DNA of 64,000 bases from a bacterium (GTDB taxonomy: Bacteria > UBA8248): positions 1,952,001-2,016,000 of the forward strand of contig CBDBEV010000001.1 in the NCBI GenBank assembly GCA_965204535.1. Reading direction: 5' to 3'. Below are positions 35,497 through 48,203 of this stretch, one piece after another. Each line of letters starts with the position of its first letter. Within the stretch, counting starts at the first letter, position 1. Made by a program: the position numbers and the translations under genes. A model generated the notes under the pieces. The model did no database searches. It was given only the letters and a program-made list of their open reading frames with translations, and was not told the origin of the DNA.

Positions 35497-36969
35497 TTAT
35501 CCCTTTCCTTCCAGCGCCACGTAGAACGTCGTGCCCCGCCGCTCGACCACCAGCAGATTTCCCTTGTTTTTTCCTTTTTTCAACGCTTCCCGCAACTGTT
35601 CCGTATCGGCGATCGCCTTGCGGTTGGCCTCGATGATGACGTCGCCCCGGCGCAGACCGGCCAGGGCCGCGGGGCTGTCGGGCATTACGTTGGTGATGAC
35701 GACGCCCTTCTTCGCTTTCGCCCCGACTTGCTTTTTGACCTCGGGCGTCAGTTTTTGCCCCTCGATGCCCAGATCCTTCTGGAGCGTGGGTTTCGTCGCT
35801 TTCGCCATTTCTTCTTTCGAACCGGGCAGCCTGGCGACTTTCAGCTTGACCTCGCGTTTTGCGCCGTCCCGAATGATGCCGACTTCGGCGGTGGAGCCCG
35901 GCTTCAAGTCGGCTGCGGTCATGGAGAGTTGACGGGGAGTTTTGATTTTTTTCTCGTTGATGCTTACGATCACGTCGCCTCTTTTGATGCCGGCTTTTTC
36001 CGCGGGCGCGTTTTCAATCACATTGGAGACCAAAGCGCCGTGCGTATCCTTCAGGCCCAATCCCTTCGCCAGACTCTCGTTGACGGGTTGAATGGACACG
36101 CCCAGGAATCCGCGGGTCACCACGCCCGTGCGAAGCTGGGGGAGCAGCTTCTTGGCCATGTTGATCGGTATGGCGAAACCGATGCCGATATTTCCGCCGC
36201 TTCTGCTGAAAATGGCGGTGTTGATGCCCACGACGTTTCCGTTCAAATCGAAGAGGGGCCCGCCGCTGTTTCCCGGATTGATGGAGGCGTCGGTTTGAAT
36301 GAAGTCGTCGAACCGGCCCGATCCGATGACGCGCCCCTTGGCGCTCACGATCCCGGCCGTCACCGTGTGGGATAATCCGAACGGATTTCCGATGGCCATC
36401 ACCCAGTCCCCCACGCGAAGTTTTTCGCTGTCCCCGAGCTTGAGCGCGGTGAACGTATCTCCGGGTTTCGTTTCTATCTGGAGCAGCGCGATGTCGGTTT
36501 GGGAATCTCGGCCCACGACTTTCGCTTTTCGCTTCTTCTGATCCTGGAAGCGGATCGTGATTCGGGACGCTTTTTCGACGACGTGGTTGTTGGTGAGGAT
36601 CAGGCCCTTCTCGCTCACGATAAAGCCCGACCCCTGGCTCTGCTGTCTGGGCCGCGGCCGCGAACGGCCGCGAGGCCCGGGGCCGAAGGGGCCTTCATGG
36701 AAACGCCGGAAAAATTCGTTCCACATATCGCCGGGAAATCCCGGGAACTGGCTTCCCGAACTCGCTTCCACCCTCGTTTCCGTGCTGATGTTCACCACCG
36801 AGGGGCTGAGTTTTTCGACCAGTCCGGCCAGGGACGGTAGTTTCCCTGCACTGACTGCGGATTGGGCGTTCATCGGCGCGAAAAACAGGGCCAGACCCAG
36901 GAACGTCGCGACGAGAACGCAGGTGGAACGCACCGATTTGAATTTTGGAAGATAAAGAGTATTCCGCAT
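35497..36969 (-). CDS. DegP/DegQ (Do family) periplasmic serine endopeptidase with two PDZ domains
   Basis: Signal peptide, GSGFIV, LTNNHVV, TDIALL, QTDASINPGNSGGPL, two PDZ repeats. Confidence 0.95.
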   Translation of the reverse strand: MRNTLYLPKFKSVRSTCVLVATFLGLALFFAPMNAQSAVSAGKLPSLAGLVEKLSPSVVNISTETRVEASSGSQFPGFPGDMWNEFFRRFHEGPFGPGPRGRSRPRPRQQSQGSGFIVSEKGLILTNNHVVEKASRITIRFQDQKKRKAKVVGRDSQTDIALLQIETKPGDTFTALKLGDSEKLRVGDWVMAIGNPFGLSHTVTAGIVSAKGRVIGSGRFDDFIQTDASINPGNSGGPLFDLNGNVVGINTAIFSRSGGNIGIGFAIPINMAKKLLPQLRTGVVTRGFLGVSIQPVNESLAKGLGLKDTHGALVSNVIENAPAEKAGIKRGDVIVSINEKKIKTPRQLSMTAADLKPGSTAEVGIIRDGAKREVKLKVARLPGSKEEMAKATKPTLQKDLGIEGQKLTPEVKKQVGAKAKKGVVITNVMPDSPAALAGLRRGDVIIEANRKAIADTEQLREALKKGKNKGNLLVVERRGTTFYVALEGKG

Positions 36970-37234
36970 TTTTCCCCTTCTCCATACATCAAATGCGACG
37001 GCGGCGACAAACACCACATCACTGGTTTTAGATATACCAAAGTTCCATCCATGTGAAAATCGACAAATAGCTGAAAAAAGCTTGATTATCGCTTTCATCC
37101 TGGTTGGTGCGGATGAAAAGGAGCGATTCCCCGCTGTTCGCATCGACGCGGGGCGGGTGGAGGGATATTCTCCCCATGGCCTGAACGAATCCGCCGAAGC
37201 TCCGCCATGGCGACTTTCTTGAAACGATGAGCGT

Positions 37235-38110
37235 ATGAGTCTTGAATCCCAAACCATTTTACTCGCCATTTCGGCGGCTTTCGTGAGCGCGGCGACGAAC
37301 ATCACCTTCGCGCCCGCCTTGCGGCAGATGGGTTCGTTCGCGCTCGCCCAGTTCAACAACCTGGGCAACACCCTCATGCTGGGGGCCATCGGTTTCTGGC
37401 TCTACGAGCCGGGCAGTTTCCGCTGGGAGGCGTTCGCCTGGTTCGGCGTTCTGGGCGTGATGAACTACAGCATCAACCGCTGGGTCTTCTACACCGGCAT
37501 GAACATCGTCGGCCCCGCGCGCCACATCACCATCACGAGCATGGTCCCGCTTCCCAGCCTGATTCTGGCCGTCGTCTTCCTGGGAGAAGAACCCGGCCGG
37601 TGGGTGGTGCTCGGCACGGTTCTCGTCGTCTTCGGCATCGCCGCCGTGAGCTATGAGCCCTCGGGCGGCAGATGGTTCCGCGCAGGCATCGGCTGGTCGC
37701 TCATGAGCATGCTCATGCTGGTCGCAAGCGCCTTCATGCGCAAGCAGGGCATGTCGTACATGGCGGCGCCCGCCCTGCTGACCGCGTGGTCGGCCATGGT
37801 CGCCATCCCGACTTCCGAGGCCTTCCGGCATTTTCTCCCGAAGCGGTATTTCGAGTGGGGGTCGAAGCGCTATCTTCCGCTGCTGGTTTTCGGAACGATC
37901 ATCAACGGGCTGATGCAGATACTCATCAACCTCTCGCTCAAGGGAAAGCTCTCGCTGGCGGTTCCCATCCTGAGCAGCACGCCGATTTTCGCCCTGTGCC
38001 TCTCGGCCTTGTTTCTGCGAAACATCGAACGCCTGAACGCGCGCGTGGTGTTCGGCGTACTCATCGCCGTGTTGGGCATCGTGGCGGTGAGCATCGGCCG
38101 GCACGGCTGA
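37235..38110 (+). CDS. DMT/EamA family transporter
   Basis: About 10 TM helices, VFLGE, STPIF..LSALFL..E. Confidence 0.85.
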   Translation: MSLESQTILLAISAAFVSAATNITFAPALRQMGSFALAQFNNLGNTLMLGAIGFWLYEPGSFRWEAFAWFGVLGVMNYSINRWVFYTGMNIVGPARHITITSMVPLPSLILAVVFLGEEPGRWVVLGTVLVVFGIAAVSYEPSGGRWFRAGIGWSLMSMLMLVASAFMRKQGMSYMAAPALLTAWSAMVAIPTSEAFRHFLPKRYFEWGSKRYLPLLVFGTIINGLMQILINLSLKGKLSLAVPILSSTPIFALCLSALFLRNIERLNARVVFGVLIAVLGIVAVSIGRHG

Positions 38111-38117
38111 TCCGGCC

Positions 38118-38987
38118 ATGGACAACACGATGGGAATCCTCTGGGCGCTGGCCGCGGCGATCATGGCGGCGTTCACGGGCGTTCTCGCCGCGCGGCCCTT
38201 GCGGCACATGGGCCTGATGTCCGCGACCCTGCTCACCAACGTCTTCAACATGCTCGTTCTGGCCCTTTTCGGCTGGTGGGAATACGACCCCGCCGACGTG
38301 ACGGTGGAGGGCATGCTCTGGTTCGCCCTGTTGGGCGTCACCGCCTACAGCTACGGGCGGCTGGTGTATTACAAGGCGATTGACTCCATCGGCCCGCCCC
38401 GGCTGATGACGCTCATGAGCACGTCCCCGCTGCTCAGCCTGTCCCTGGCCGTCCTGTTCCTGGGCGAGCAACCCGGCCCGGCCGTTCTGGCGGGCACGGG
38501 CCTCGTGGTGGCGGGCGTCATTCTGGTGAGCTACGAACCCGCCAGGGGGCGCTGGTTCCAGCCGGCGATTCTCTGGGGTTTCGCGAGCGCTATATCGCTC
38601 GGCGTGAGCGTGTTCATCCGCAAGAAGGGCCTGGACGCCATGCCGAACGTCGCCCTCACGGTGGCGTGGTCGAACATGGTGAGCATCCCCATCATCTACA
38701 GCTTGAGATACATCTCCCCGCCCGCGCTGTTCGACTGGGGCCCGCGCTGGGCGGTGGTGACGATCATCGCGGTCGGCGTGCTGAACTCGGGCAACCAGCT
38801 CCTCTACAACCTCGCCATCATCAACGCCGAGGTCAGCGTCGTCGGCCCCATCATCGCCTCCATGCCGATCTTCTCCGTGGTTTTCACCGTCCTCATGCTG
38901 CGCGACATGACGCGCGTGCGGCCCCGCCTCGTCGCGGGCGTATGCGTCACCGTGGCGGGCATGATCGCCGTCGCGCTGGGGCGTTGA
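38118..38987 (+). CDS. DMT/EamA family transporter (tandem paralog)
   Basis: About 10 TM helices, VLFLGE; shares SYEP..GRWF..I.W with the upstream paralog. Confidence 0.85.
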   Translation: MDNTMGILWALAAAIMAAFTGVLAARPLRHMGLMSATLLTNVFNMLVLALFGWWEYDPADVTVEGMLWFALLGVTAYSYGRLVYYKAIDSIGPPRLMTLMSTSPLLSLSLAVLFLGEQPGPAVLAGTGLVVAGVILVSYEPARGRWFQPAILWGFASAISLGVSVFIRKKGLDAMPNVALTVAWSNMVSIPIIYSLRYISPPALFDWGPRWAVVTIIAVGVLNSGNQLLYNLAIINAEVSVVGPIIASMPIFSVVFTVLMLRDMTRVRPRLVAGVCVTVAGMIAVALGR

Positions 38988-39010
38988 GGGGTGGAACTCT
39001 CAGCGCGCGT

Positions 39011-42148
<3,138 letters not shown>

Positions 42149-42379
42149 TGGGTCCTCTGGGCATGGAACCGGGGCCGCCTCGCGTATCAGCCCCTCCGTT
42201 CTCTACAATCTTACCGGACGCCTGGGTTCCTCGTGGCGTTCATTCCCAAGCGCCGAACGTATGACTCAACCGGAGATGAAGCATGAGGGATTCGCGTCTT
42301 TCTTGCAATCAGCGGGTGATGTTCGTTTGAAATTTCTCGAAAGTCTGCTTCGCTGTTTCGCGCACAGCATGTCAAGACC

Positions 42380-42461
42380 GGTTTCCGGGGCCATATCCGA
42401 CGCGCTTGCCGATGCTTTCGGGCTGGGCGACGGCCGATTCGACCTTGGATTCATAGAAGGC
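42380..42461 (-). pseudogene. Possible degenerate relic of an hsdR 5' end
   Basis: Translates AFYESKVESAVAQPESIG (and DMAPE in the adjacent frame), resembling the HsdR start [24 protein letters not shown]. Confidence 0.35.
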
Positions 42462-42463
42462 TT

Positions 42464-43465
42464 TTATGGGGAGACGCGAAAGACTTTCAGCTCATGGTTT
42501 TCTACTTCCACCATTTCGAGGTTTTCTCTTTGGAAGAAGTCAGATAAGGCTTGAAAAAACTCATCCATGTTTTCTAAACCAACGATACCTGACAATTCAC
42601 GGCCGGAGCGAGTCAGAGCAACCCCCGTCAGCCTCAATTCTTGATTTAGATCACGCTCGCTGGTAGGGGGCAAAATCCAGTATCGGCCCTGAAAGCGGAA
42701 AGGCATGCGCATCAACTGAGGTGGCTTGCCAAATTCAAGTCCTATGCTCATCTTATAATTATACCAAGAATTGTAATCAGATATTATTAGCCCATGTTCG
42801 TTGAGACGGTTAAGTGCGTCGAAATTCAGGCCATACGTGTCCAGAGAGTTAGTTGCTGCGTTACCGCCAAGAGAAGGCACTCTGGCATCCACAAGTGTCT
42901 TTCCATCTGGGCTGAAGAACACACAGGCTGAGCAGAATCTTCTGAATAGGTGTGCGGTAGCCTGGTCAAGGTTCTTCAAGATGCCCAGCGTGCGAATGGA
43001 TGTGCTTTCCTTCCGCTCAACTTCGCCGGCGAGGATTTTCGCCCACAAAGATTGCATCTCTTCCGACGACACGTCCTGCACATCGCTGAAAAAACGGGCC
43101 GTCCAATCGTGATCTGGCTCCGTATCCGGAACGCTTTTTTCGCCGAGTTGCTCGGCCGCTTTTTCCACTACAGACTTGATATTCAATTGTCTTTTTTGTT
43201 CTTGAAACAAGATCCTCTGGTTTACAGATTCCGCAATGTTCAATTCACCAGCGAAGTTCTTATCCTCGGATACTAGAATTTCTCGTGCTTTCGTCTGAGC
43301 CTCGGCTTGAATTAGCAGGACATTGGCATCTCCATGAGCGGCTATCTCTTTTGCTTTAGCTTCTCGCCGGGCCATCCAAGGCGCTAACATCGAACCCGCG
43401 ACACTACCTATACCGCTAGCAACATAGTCCAACAGTTTTTCAAGCGCCTTAACATTCAGATCCAA
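42464..43465 (-). CDS. DUF2806-like hypothetical protein inside the R-M operon
   Basis: KRQLNIKSVV.KA, DHDWTARFF..VQDVSSEEMQSLWAKILAGEV..SIRTL; TTG start after GGAGG; AT-richer than its flanks. Confidence 0.75.
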   Translation of the reverse strand: MDLNVKALEKLLDYVASGIGSVAGSMLAPWMARREAKAKEIAAHGDANVLLIQAEAQTKAREILVSEDKNFAGELNIAESVNQRILFQEQKRQLNIKSVVEKAAEQLGEKSVPDTEPDHDWTARFFSDVQDVSSEEMQSLWAKILAGEVERKESTSIRTLGILKNLDQATAHLFRRFCSACVFFSPDGKTLVDARVPSLGGNAATNSLDTYGLNFDALNRLNEHGLIISDYNSWYNYKMSIGLEFGKPPQLMRMPFRFQGRYWILPPTSERDLNQELRLTGVALTRSGRELSGIVGLENMDEFFQALSDFFQRENLEMVEVENHELKVFRVSP

Positions 43466-43469
43466 AGTT

Positions 43470-45056
43470 TTAACCTCCCTCTCGGCTTCTAATACGCAAC
43501 TCCCCCGACACCAGCTTCGGAAGCAGTGCATCCCGCAGAGCGACGAGGGCGCGAGATTCTGCGGTATTGGCTCTGATTCTCTTATCTAGCGGCGAAGCGT
43601 ATGAATCGAATGCACCAACAACGTTAGGTTTTGATTCAATTGTTTGTAAGGCTTCAAACTGACCTTTGTTGATAGCGCCGAATACTGTCCCGGTATGCTC
43701 ATAATCTTGAAGTAACCCCTGAAGCATATTTGCAGAATAATAGCTTAATGATTTTGAGCCTGATTTATGTCTAAGTGCCGCCACCCCTCGACCGATGCAA
43801 CATTTCTCCCAAGCCAAGTTGATGTCCCCTACGGGTGCGCGCACGCTGACGAGAGTATCTCCAGGCTGCGCGATACGGGTCGGAGCAGTGCAAAACTTTC
43901 GATTTTCAGGATAACGGAATCCAAAATCAGTCCGGCCTTGGAAGAAAGGCAAGCCGTCACCATCTTCATTGTAAGTGCTACCTGGCGGAGATTGCCCCAT
44001 CGTAAGGTTGAAGCACTCTCCAAGTGCCTTCACCTCCCACCCCTCCGGTATCTCTCCCAATTCAGATTCCACCAGCCGGTCGGGGAAGAGGTCGGCGATG
44101 TGTTCGGGTAGGCCGGTGTCGCGGCCTTCCATCTTGGCGCGGACGGGGTCGAAATCGACGAACCATGACTTGAACAGCGCGCGGGCCATCGCCTCCAGCG
44201 TCTCGTTCATGCGTCGGTTCAGTTCGATCTTGTCGTCCAGCGTTCCGAGGATGTGCGCGATAGCGCGTTGTTCGTTTTTGTTCTTCGGAGCTCTCAAAGG
44301 CGCGGCCGTCATCGTGGAGGCGCTTGCGTTCGGCTGAGCGGATTTGTCCCCAAGGACACCGCGAATGTATTCCCAAAAATCATTAGACTTCAGGAAATAT
44401 GCGAGGAACCGCGCATCATAGTCAGGTTTTGCCTGTAACCTCACCAAGTAAGATGCGAACAAGGCAAGGGGAGGGTTCTTCACGTACATACTTGCCCCGG
44501 TTGATGCGCCTGTTCGCGCTATAACAATATCACCCTCATGAAGTTGATATTTCGATACAAGTTCATCATCAACTACGACATGGGGTACTTTTTGCCAGTC
44601 GATGTGTCCGGAAACAATATCCGTGATTCGAAGAAAGCGAGGTCCGGTTTCTCCGTTGGAAGCAGAGGCGGTAAGTCCATAATCAATTGAGCTACAGGCA
44701 TCAGCGAGTGTGCATTCAATCCACCCATCCACCTCACCCCGCTCTTCCTTCTCCACCAACACCACATGCTCTGCTTCGATCCGCTCGCGGAACTGCTCGG
44801 GTATGCCGTCCCAGACAAACAGGTCCACCCGAAAGGGCAGGCTGCTTTCCTCGAAGGCATCCCTGAGATCGGAAACCCGGCGTTCCTGCGCAGGCGTCGT
44901 GAAGACTACCAGGTCGAGGTCGGATTCCGGGCGCGCCGTCCACTTGACGCGGGAGCCGTAGACCCAGGCTGTAGTTCCGGGCAGGTCTCGTTCGAGCAGC
45001 GCCAATAAGGTTTTGCGCTGCTCCGTGGTAATGTCGATGGGTCGGTCTAGTCCCAT
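43470..45056 (-). CDS. hsdS: Type I R-M specificity subunit with an N-terminal fused minimal nucleotidyltransferase (MNT) domain
   Basis: N-terminal ~100 aa YGSRVKWTARPESDLDL...LPFRVDL (MNT), then TRD1, EQRAIAHILGTLDDKIELNRRMNETLE, GEIPEGWEV, TRD2, LRDALLPKLVSGE. Confidence 0.93.
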   Translation of the reverse strand: MGLDRPIDITTEQRKTLLALLERDLPGTTAWVYGSRVKWTARPESDLDLVVFTTPAQERRVSDLRDAFEESSLPFRVDLFVWDGIPEQFRERIEAEHVVLVEKEERGEVDGWIECTLADACSSIDYGLTASASNGETGPRFLRITDIVSGHIDWQKVPHVVVDDELVSKYQLHEGDIVIARTGASTGASMYVKNPPLALFASYLVRLQAKPDYDARFLAYFLKSNDFWEYIRGVLGDKSAQPNASASTMTAAPLRAPKNKNEQRAIAHILGTLDDKIELNRRMNETLEAMARALFKSWFVDFDPVRAKMEGRDTGLPEHIADLFPDRLVESELGEIPEGWEVKALGECFNLTMGQSPPGSTYNEDGDGLPFFQGRTDFGFRYPENRKFCTAPTRIAQPGDTLVSVRAPVGDINLAWEKCCIGRGVAALRHKSGSKSLSYYSANMLQGLLQDYEHTGTVFGAINKGQFEALQTIESKPNVVGAFDSYASPLDKRIRANTAESRALVALRDALLPKLVSGELRIRSREGG

Positions 45057-45463
45057 GTTTCCTCGCTCATCGTCTGGTAGAGGTCGATGGCGTCGTCGAT
45101 GAAGCCGCCCATGAGTTTCAGGCAGGCTTGCGCCTTCTCACCGCTGTAGTCGTGTGACGTACTGATCCGGGCATCGGCGTAGCGTATCCATTCCTCCATC
45201 GGCGCGGCGAACAGGCCGTTCTGATGAGCGAATCTGAAAACGCCTTTGGGGCTGTTGGGGGTATCCGCGATGCCCAGCGCCTCGATCAGGTATCGTCTCA
45301 AGACCTTCCACAGGCAGTCATAACAGGTCTCGAAACGTTGTATGACCGATTCGGCGATAGCCTCCTGGGTCAGAGCGGGCAGGGAATCGTCGAGTTCTCG
45401 ATAATTTCCGTATTGTTCCTCTAGCCGCTTGAGCGACATCTGGAATTTGTCGTATTCGATCAT
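45047..45463 (-). CDS. HEPN-domain protein (HI0074/nucleotidyltransferase substrate-binding family; HepT-like toxin)
   Basis: IQRFETCYD..WK, SPKGVFR, RISTSHDY (R-x4-H HEPN motif); overlaps the MNT-HsdS start by 10 bp. Confidence 0.88.
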   Translation of the reverse strand: MIEYDKFQMSLKRLEEQYGNYRELDDSLPALTQEAIAESVIQRFETCYDCLWKVLRRYLIEALGIADTPNSPKGVFRFAHQNGLFAAPMEEWIRYADARISTSHDYSGEKAQACLKLMGGFIDDAIDLYQTMSEETWD

Positions 45464-45485
45464 GCTCCCCCTCCGGTTGGGACCA

Positions 45486-45731
45486 TCAATTCGACGTGCG
45501 GCGGAGAACCAACGCCTCAACCATTTCGGCCCTGTCCAGCTTCTTTTTCTCCAGAAAACGGGGGTCTCCGTGCCGCCCCTCCCAGACATGCTTCCCCGTG
45601 TTCAGGCTGATCTTCGTTACGGATAGCTGTTGCGGAGAGAGGTCGTCGTAGCCCTCTTCGTAGCCGTTCACCACGACGCGCAGTCCGGCGGGATATTCCT
45701 GAAGCAGTCCGATCAACTCGTTGACCGTCAT
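45486..45731 (-). CDS. Small hypothetical protein (81 aa)
   Basis: AGGAGAG RBS, operon-like spacing after hsdM; MTVNELIGLLQEYP..LRVVV.GYE.GYDD. Confidence 0.7.
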   Translation of the reverse strand: MTVNELIGLLQEYPAGLRVVVNGYEEGYDDLSPQQLSVTKISLNTGKHVWEGRHGDPRFLEKKKLDRAEMVEALVLRRTSN

Positions 45732-45742
45732 CTACGCTCTCC

Positions 45743-47308
45743 TCACATCGGGAATCCCAGCGTCTTCAGGTTCCCGGCGATGGCGGCGTCGAGTTCCTCG
45801 CCCTTTTCCTGCTGCTCCCGAAGCTCCTTGACGAGGCGCTTCATCTTCTCCTCGAACGGCTCGCTATCCTCTTCCTGCGCCTCCGCGCCCACGTAGCGGC
45901 CGGGCGTCAGTACATAGCCATGCTTTTGCACCTCACCCATGCTCGCGCTCTTGCAGAAGCCGGGAACGTCGTCGTATTCCCCGGCATCCTCGCCGCCGCG
46001 CCAGGCGTGGTAGGTATCGGCGATCCGCGCGATGTCCTCGTCCGTCAATTCGCGGTGGGTGCGGTCGACCATGCGGCCCAGCCTGCGGGCGTCGATGAAG
46101 AGGATTTCTCCGCCGCGCTTCCTCTCCCGCGCCAGGAACCAGAGGCAAGCGGGAATCGGTGCCGTATAAAAAAGCTGCCCCGGCAGGGAGACCATGCAGT
46201 CCATGAGTTCCGCCTCGATCAGGTTCTTGCGAATCCCGCCCTCGCCCGACTGGTTCGAGGACATCGAACCGTTGGCCAAGACGAAACCCGCAGCACCGCC
46301 CGGCGCCAGGTGATGAACCATGTGCTGTATCCAGGCGAAGTTGGCGTTGCCTTTGGGCGGGACGCCGTATCGCCAGCGCGCATCGTCCGTGAGCCGCTCG
46401 CCGCCCCAGTTGGAGACGTTGAAGGGGGGATTGGCGAGTATGTAATCCGCCTTGAGGTCCGGATGTCGGTCGTTATGGAAGCTGTCCCCATGGGCGATCT
46501 GCCCTTCGATGCCGCGGATGGCGAGGTTCATCTTCGAGAGCCGCCACGTCGTGTAGTTCGACTCCTGGCCGTAGATGCTGATGTCGCCGCGCGCCCTTCC
46601 GCCGTTGCCGTTGCCGCTTGTGTGCGCGTCGATGAACTCGACCGACTGCACGAACATGCCCGAGGAGCCGCAGCATGGGTCGTATACGCGGCCCCGGTAG
46701 GGCTCCAGCATCTCGACCAGGAGCTTGACGACGCAGCGCGGGGTGTAGAATTCCCCGCCCTTCTTGCCCTCGGCGCTCGCGAACTGCGAGAGGAAATACT
46801 CGTAGACGCGGCCGAGAACGTCCTTCGAGCGGGCGTCCGCGTCGCCCACCCGGATGTTGCTGATGAGGTTGATCAACTGGCCGAGGCGCTCCTTGTCGAG
46901 CGCGGGGCGGGCGTAGTCCTTCGGCAGCACGTCCTTGACCGCCGGGTTCTCGCGCTCGATGGCCGTCATGGCGTCGTCGACGGTTTGGCCGATGGCGGGC
47001 TGCGGCGCTTGGTTCTTTAGATTCGCCCAGCGCGCCTCGCGCGGCACCCAGAAGATGTTCTCGGCGCGGTATTCGTCCGGGTCTTCGGGGTCCGCGCCTT
47101 CTGCCCGCTCGGCTTCCAGCCTGGCGCGCCTTTCCTCGAAGGCGTCCGAGATGTATTTCAGGAAGATGAGGCCCAGGACGACGTGCTTGTACTCCGCCGC
47201 ATCCATCGAGCCGCGCAAGGCGTTGGCCATTTCCCAAAGCTCGCGTTCATAGCCCGTCGTGGCTCCGTCCCCGGCTTCCTGGTTCTTATTCGACCCTGTC
47301 CGCGCCAT
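45743..47308 (-). CDS. hsdM: Type I R-M methyltransferase subunit
   Basis: [40 protein letters not shown]. Confidence 0.97.
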   Translation of the reverse strand: MARTGSNKNQEAGDGATTGYERELWEMANALRGSMDAAEYKHVVLGLIFLKYISDAFEERRARLEAERAEGADPEDPDEYRAENIFWVPREARWANLKNQAPQPAIGQTVDDAMTAIERENPAVKDVLPKDYARPALDKERLGQLINLISNIRVGDADARSKDVLGRVYEYFLSQFASAEGKKGGEFYTPRCVVKLLVEMLEPYRGRVYDPCCGSSGMFVQSVEFIDAHTSGNGNGGRARGDISIYGQESNYTTWRLSKMNLAIRGIEGQIAHGDSFHNDRHPDLKADYILANPPFNVSNWGGERLTDDARWRYGVPPKGNANFAWIQHMVHHLAPGGAAGFVLANGSMSSNQSGEGGIRKNLIEAELMDCMVSLPGQLFYTAPIPACLWFLARERKRGGEILFIDARRLGRMVDRTHRELTDEDIARIADTYHAWRGGEDAGEYDDVPGFCKSASMGEVQKHGYVLTPGRYVGAEAQEEDSEPFEEKMKRLVKELREQQEKGEELDAAIAGNLKTLGFPM

Positions 47309-47549
47309 GGTTCCTTTATCCCATCTGTCAGGCGTCATCGGTGGATATGTCATTCGCCGCCGGGCAGTTTACAAACCGGGGCGGCCCTTGTCATCCGGGA
47401 AACCCGGTGGGCCGGTTCCTTCTCCGGGAAGTTCTCGTTCGTCGTTCCGGCGAACCCTCATTCATCAATCGGGTTCGACCTCCTCGCCCTGAAAACCAAC
47501 CCCCCTACCCCCCCTTGATAAGGGGGTAAAAAAGAAGCCCCCCCTGCAA

Positions 47550-47735
47550 GGGGTTGTTGAAAAACCCTGCAATGACGGCAACGAGATTCCGGCCTGCCGA
47601 AGGGAGTGTAGGGGCCGCATATATGCGGCCCGTCGTTGGAAGGCAAAAAGGCCGGGTCGCATGTATGTCGGACATATATGTCCGACATACACACAAACAA
47701 ATTTTCCCTCGGCGAGGGGCTTTTTCAACAGACCC
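47550..47735. mobile_element. MITE-like element with terminal IRs enclosing two REP-like perfect palindromes
   Basis: IRs GGGGTTGTTGAAAAACCC / GGGCTTTTTCAACAGACCC; internal GTAG+GGGCCGCATATATGCGGCCC (47608-47631) and the 30-bp palindrome TGTATGTCGGACATATATGTCCGACATACA (47662-47691). Confidence 0.65.
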
Positions 47736-47783
47736 GACATGGGGAGTTGGAGGGTTCGGGGCGGCGGACGACCTGCGGGGCGG

Positions 47784-48203
47784 CTACGGCGCGTCCCAGG
47801 GGTTCACGACGTCGACCTCGAGGCCGTCGAAATCGCGGACGTTTCTCGTCGCAATCGAAAGCGCATGCGCCACCGCCGTGCCCGCGATGAGCGCGTCCCC
47901 CATATCCAGAACGCGGCCCGCGCGATGCGCCCGCGCCCTCAGGGCCGCGGCCCGTGCGGCTTCGGGCCGGCCTACCGGCAGCACCCTGTCCGCGTATTCA
48001 GAGACGAACGCGAAGAGTACCACCCGGATTCCCTCGCGGCGGCGTCCGGGCGGGAGCAGTTCGACGCCGAAGTCCAGCTCGTGCAGGACGACGGTGGAGA
48101 GCCACAGATCCTCAACGTCGGCGAGGAACTCCGTCACCCCCGAATGCGGCGCGTCCTTCGTCAACTCCGAGATGACGTTCGTGTCGAGCAGGAACCCGCT
48201 CAT
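47784..48203 (-). CDS. vapC: PIN-domain VapC toxin
   Basis: FLLDTNVISE, HEL..G, DALIAGTA, IATRNVRDF, VNPW. Confidence 0.92.
   Translation of the reverse strand: MSGFLLDTNVISELTKDAPHSGVTEFLADVEDLWLSTVVLHELDFGVELLPPGRRREGIRVVLFAFVSEYADRVLPVGRPEAARAAALRARAHRAGRVLDMGDALIAGTAVAHALSIATRNVRDFDGLEVDVVNPWDAP

Noticed and set aside
47468-47485. tRNA fragment or att site (GGTTCGAC T-loop-like word; also at about 26996)
   Set aside because: No cloverleaf, acceptor stem or CCA context, and no integrase in the window.
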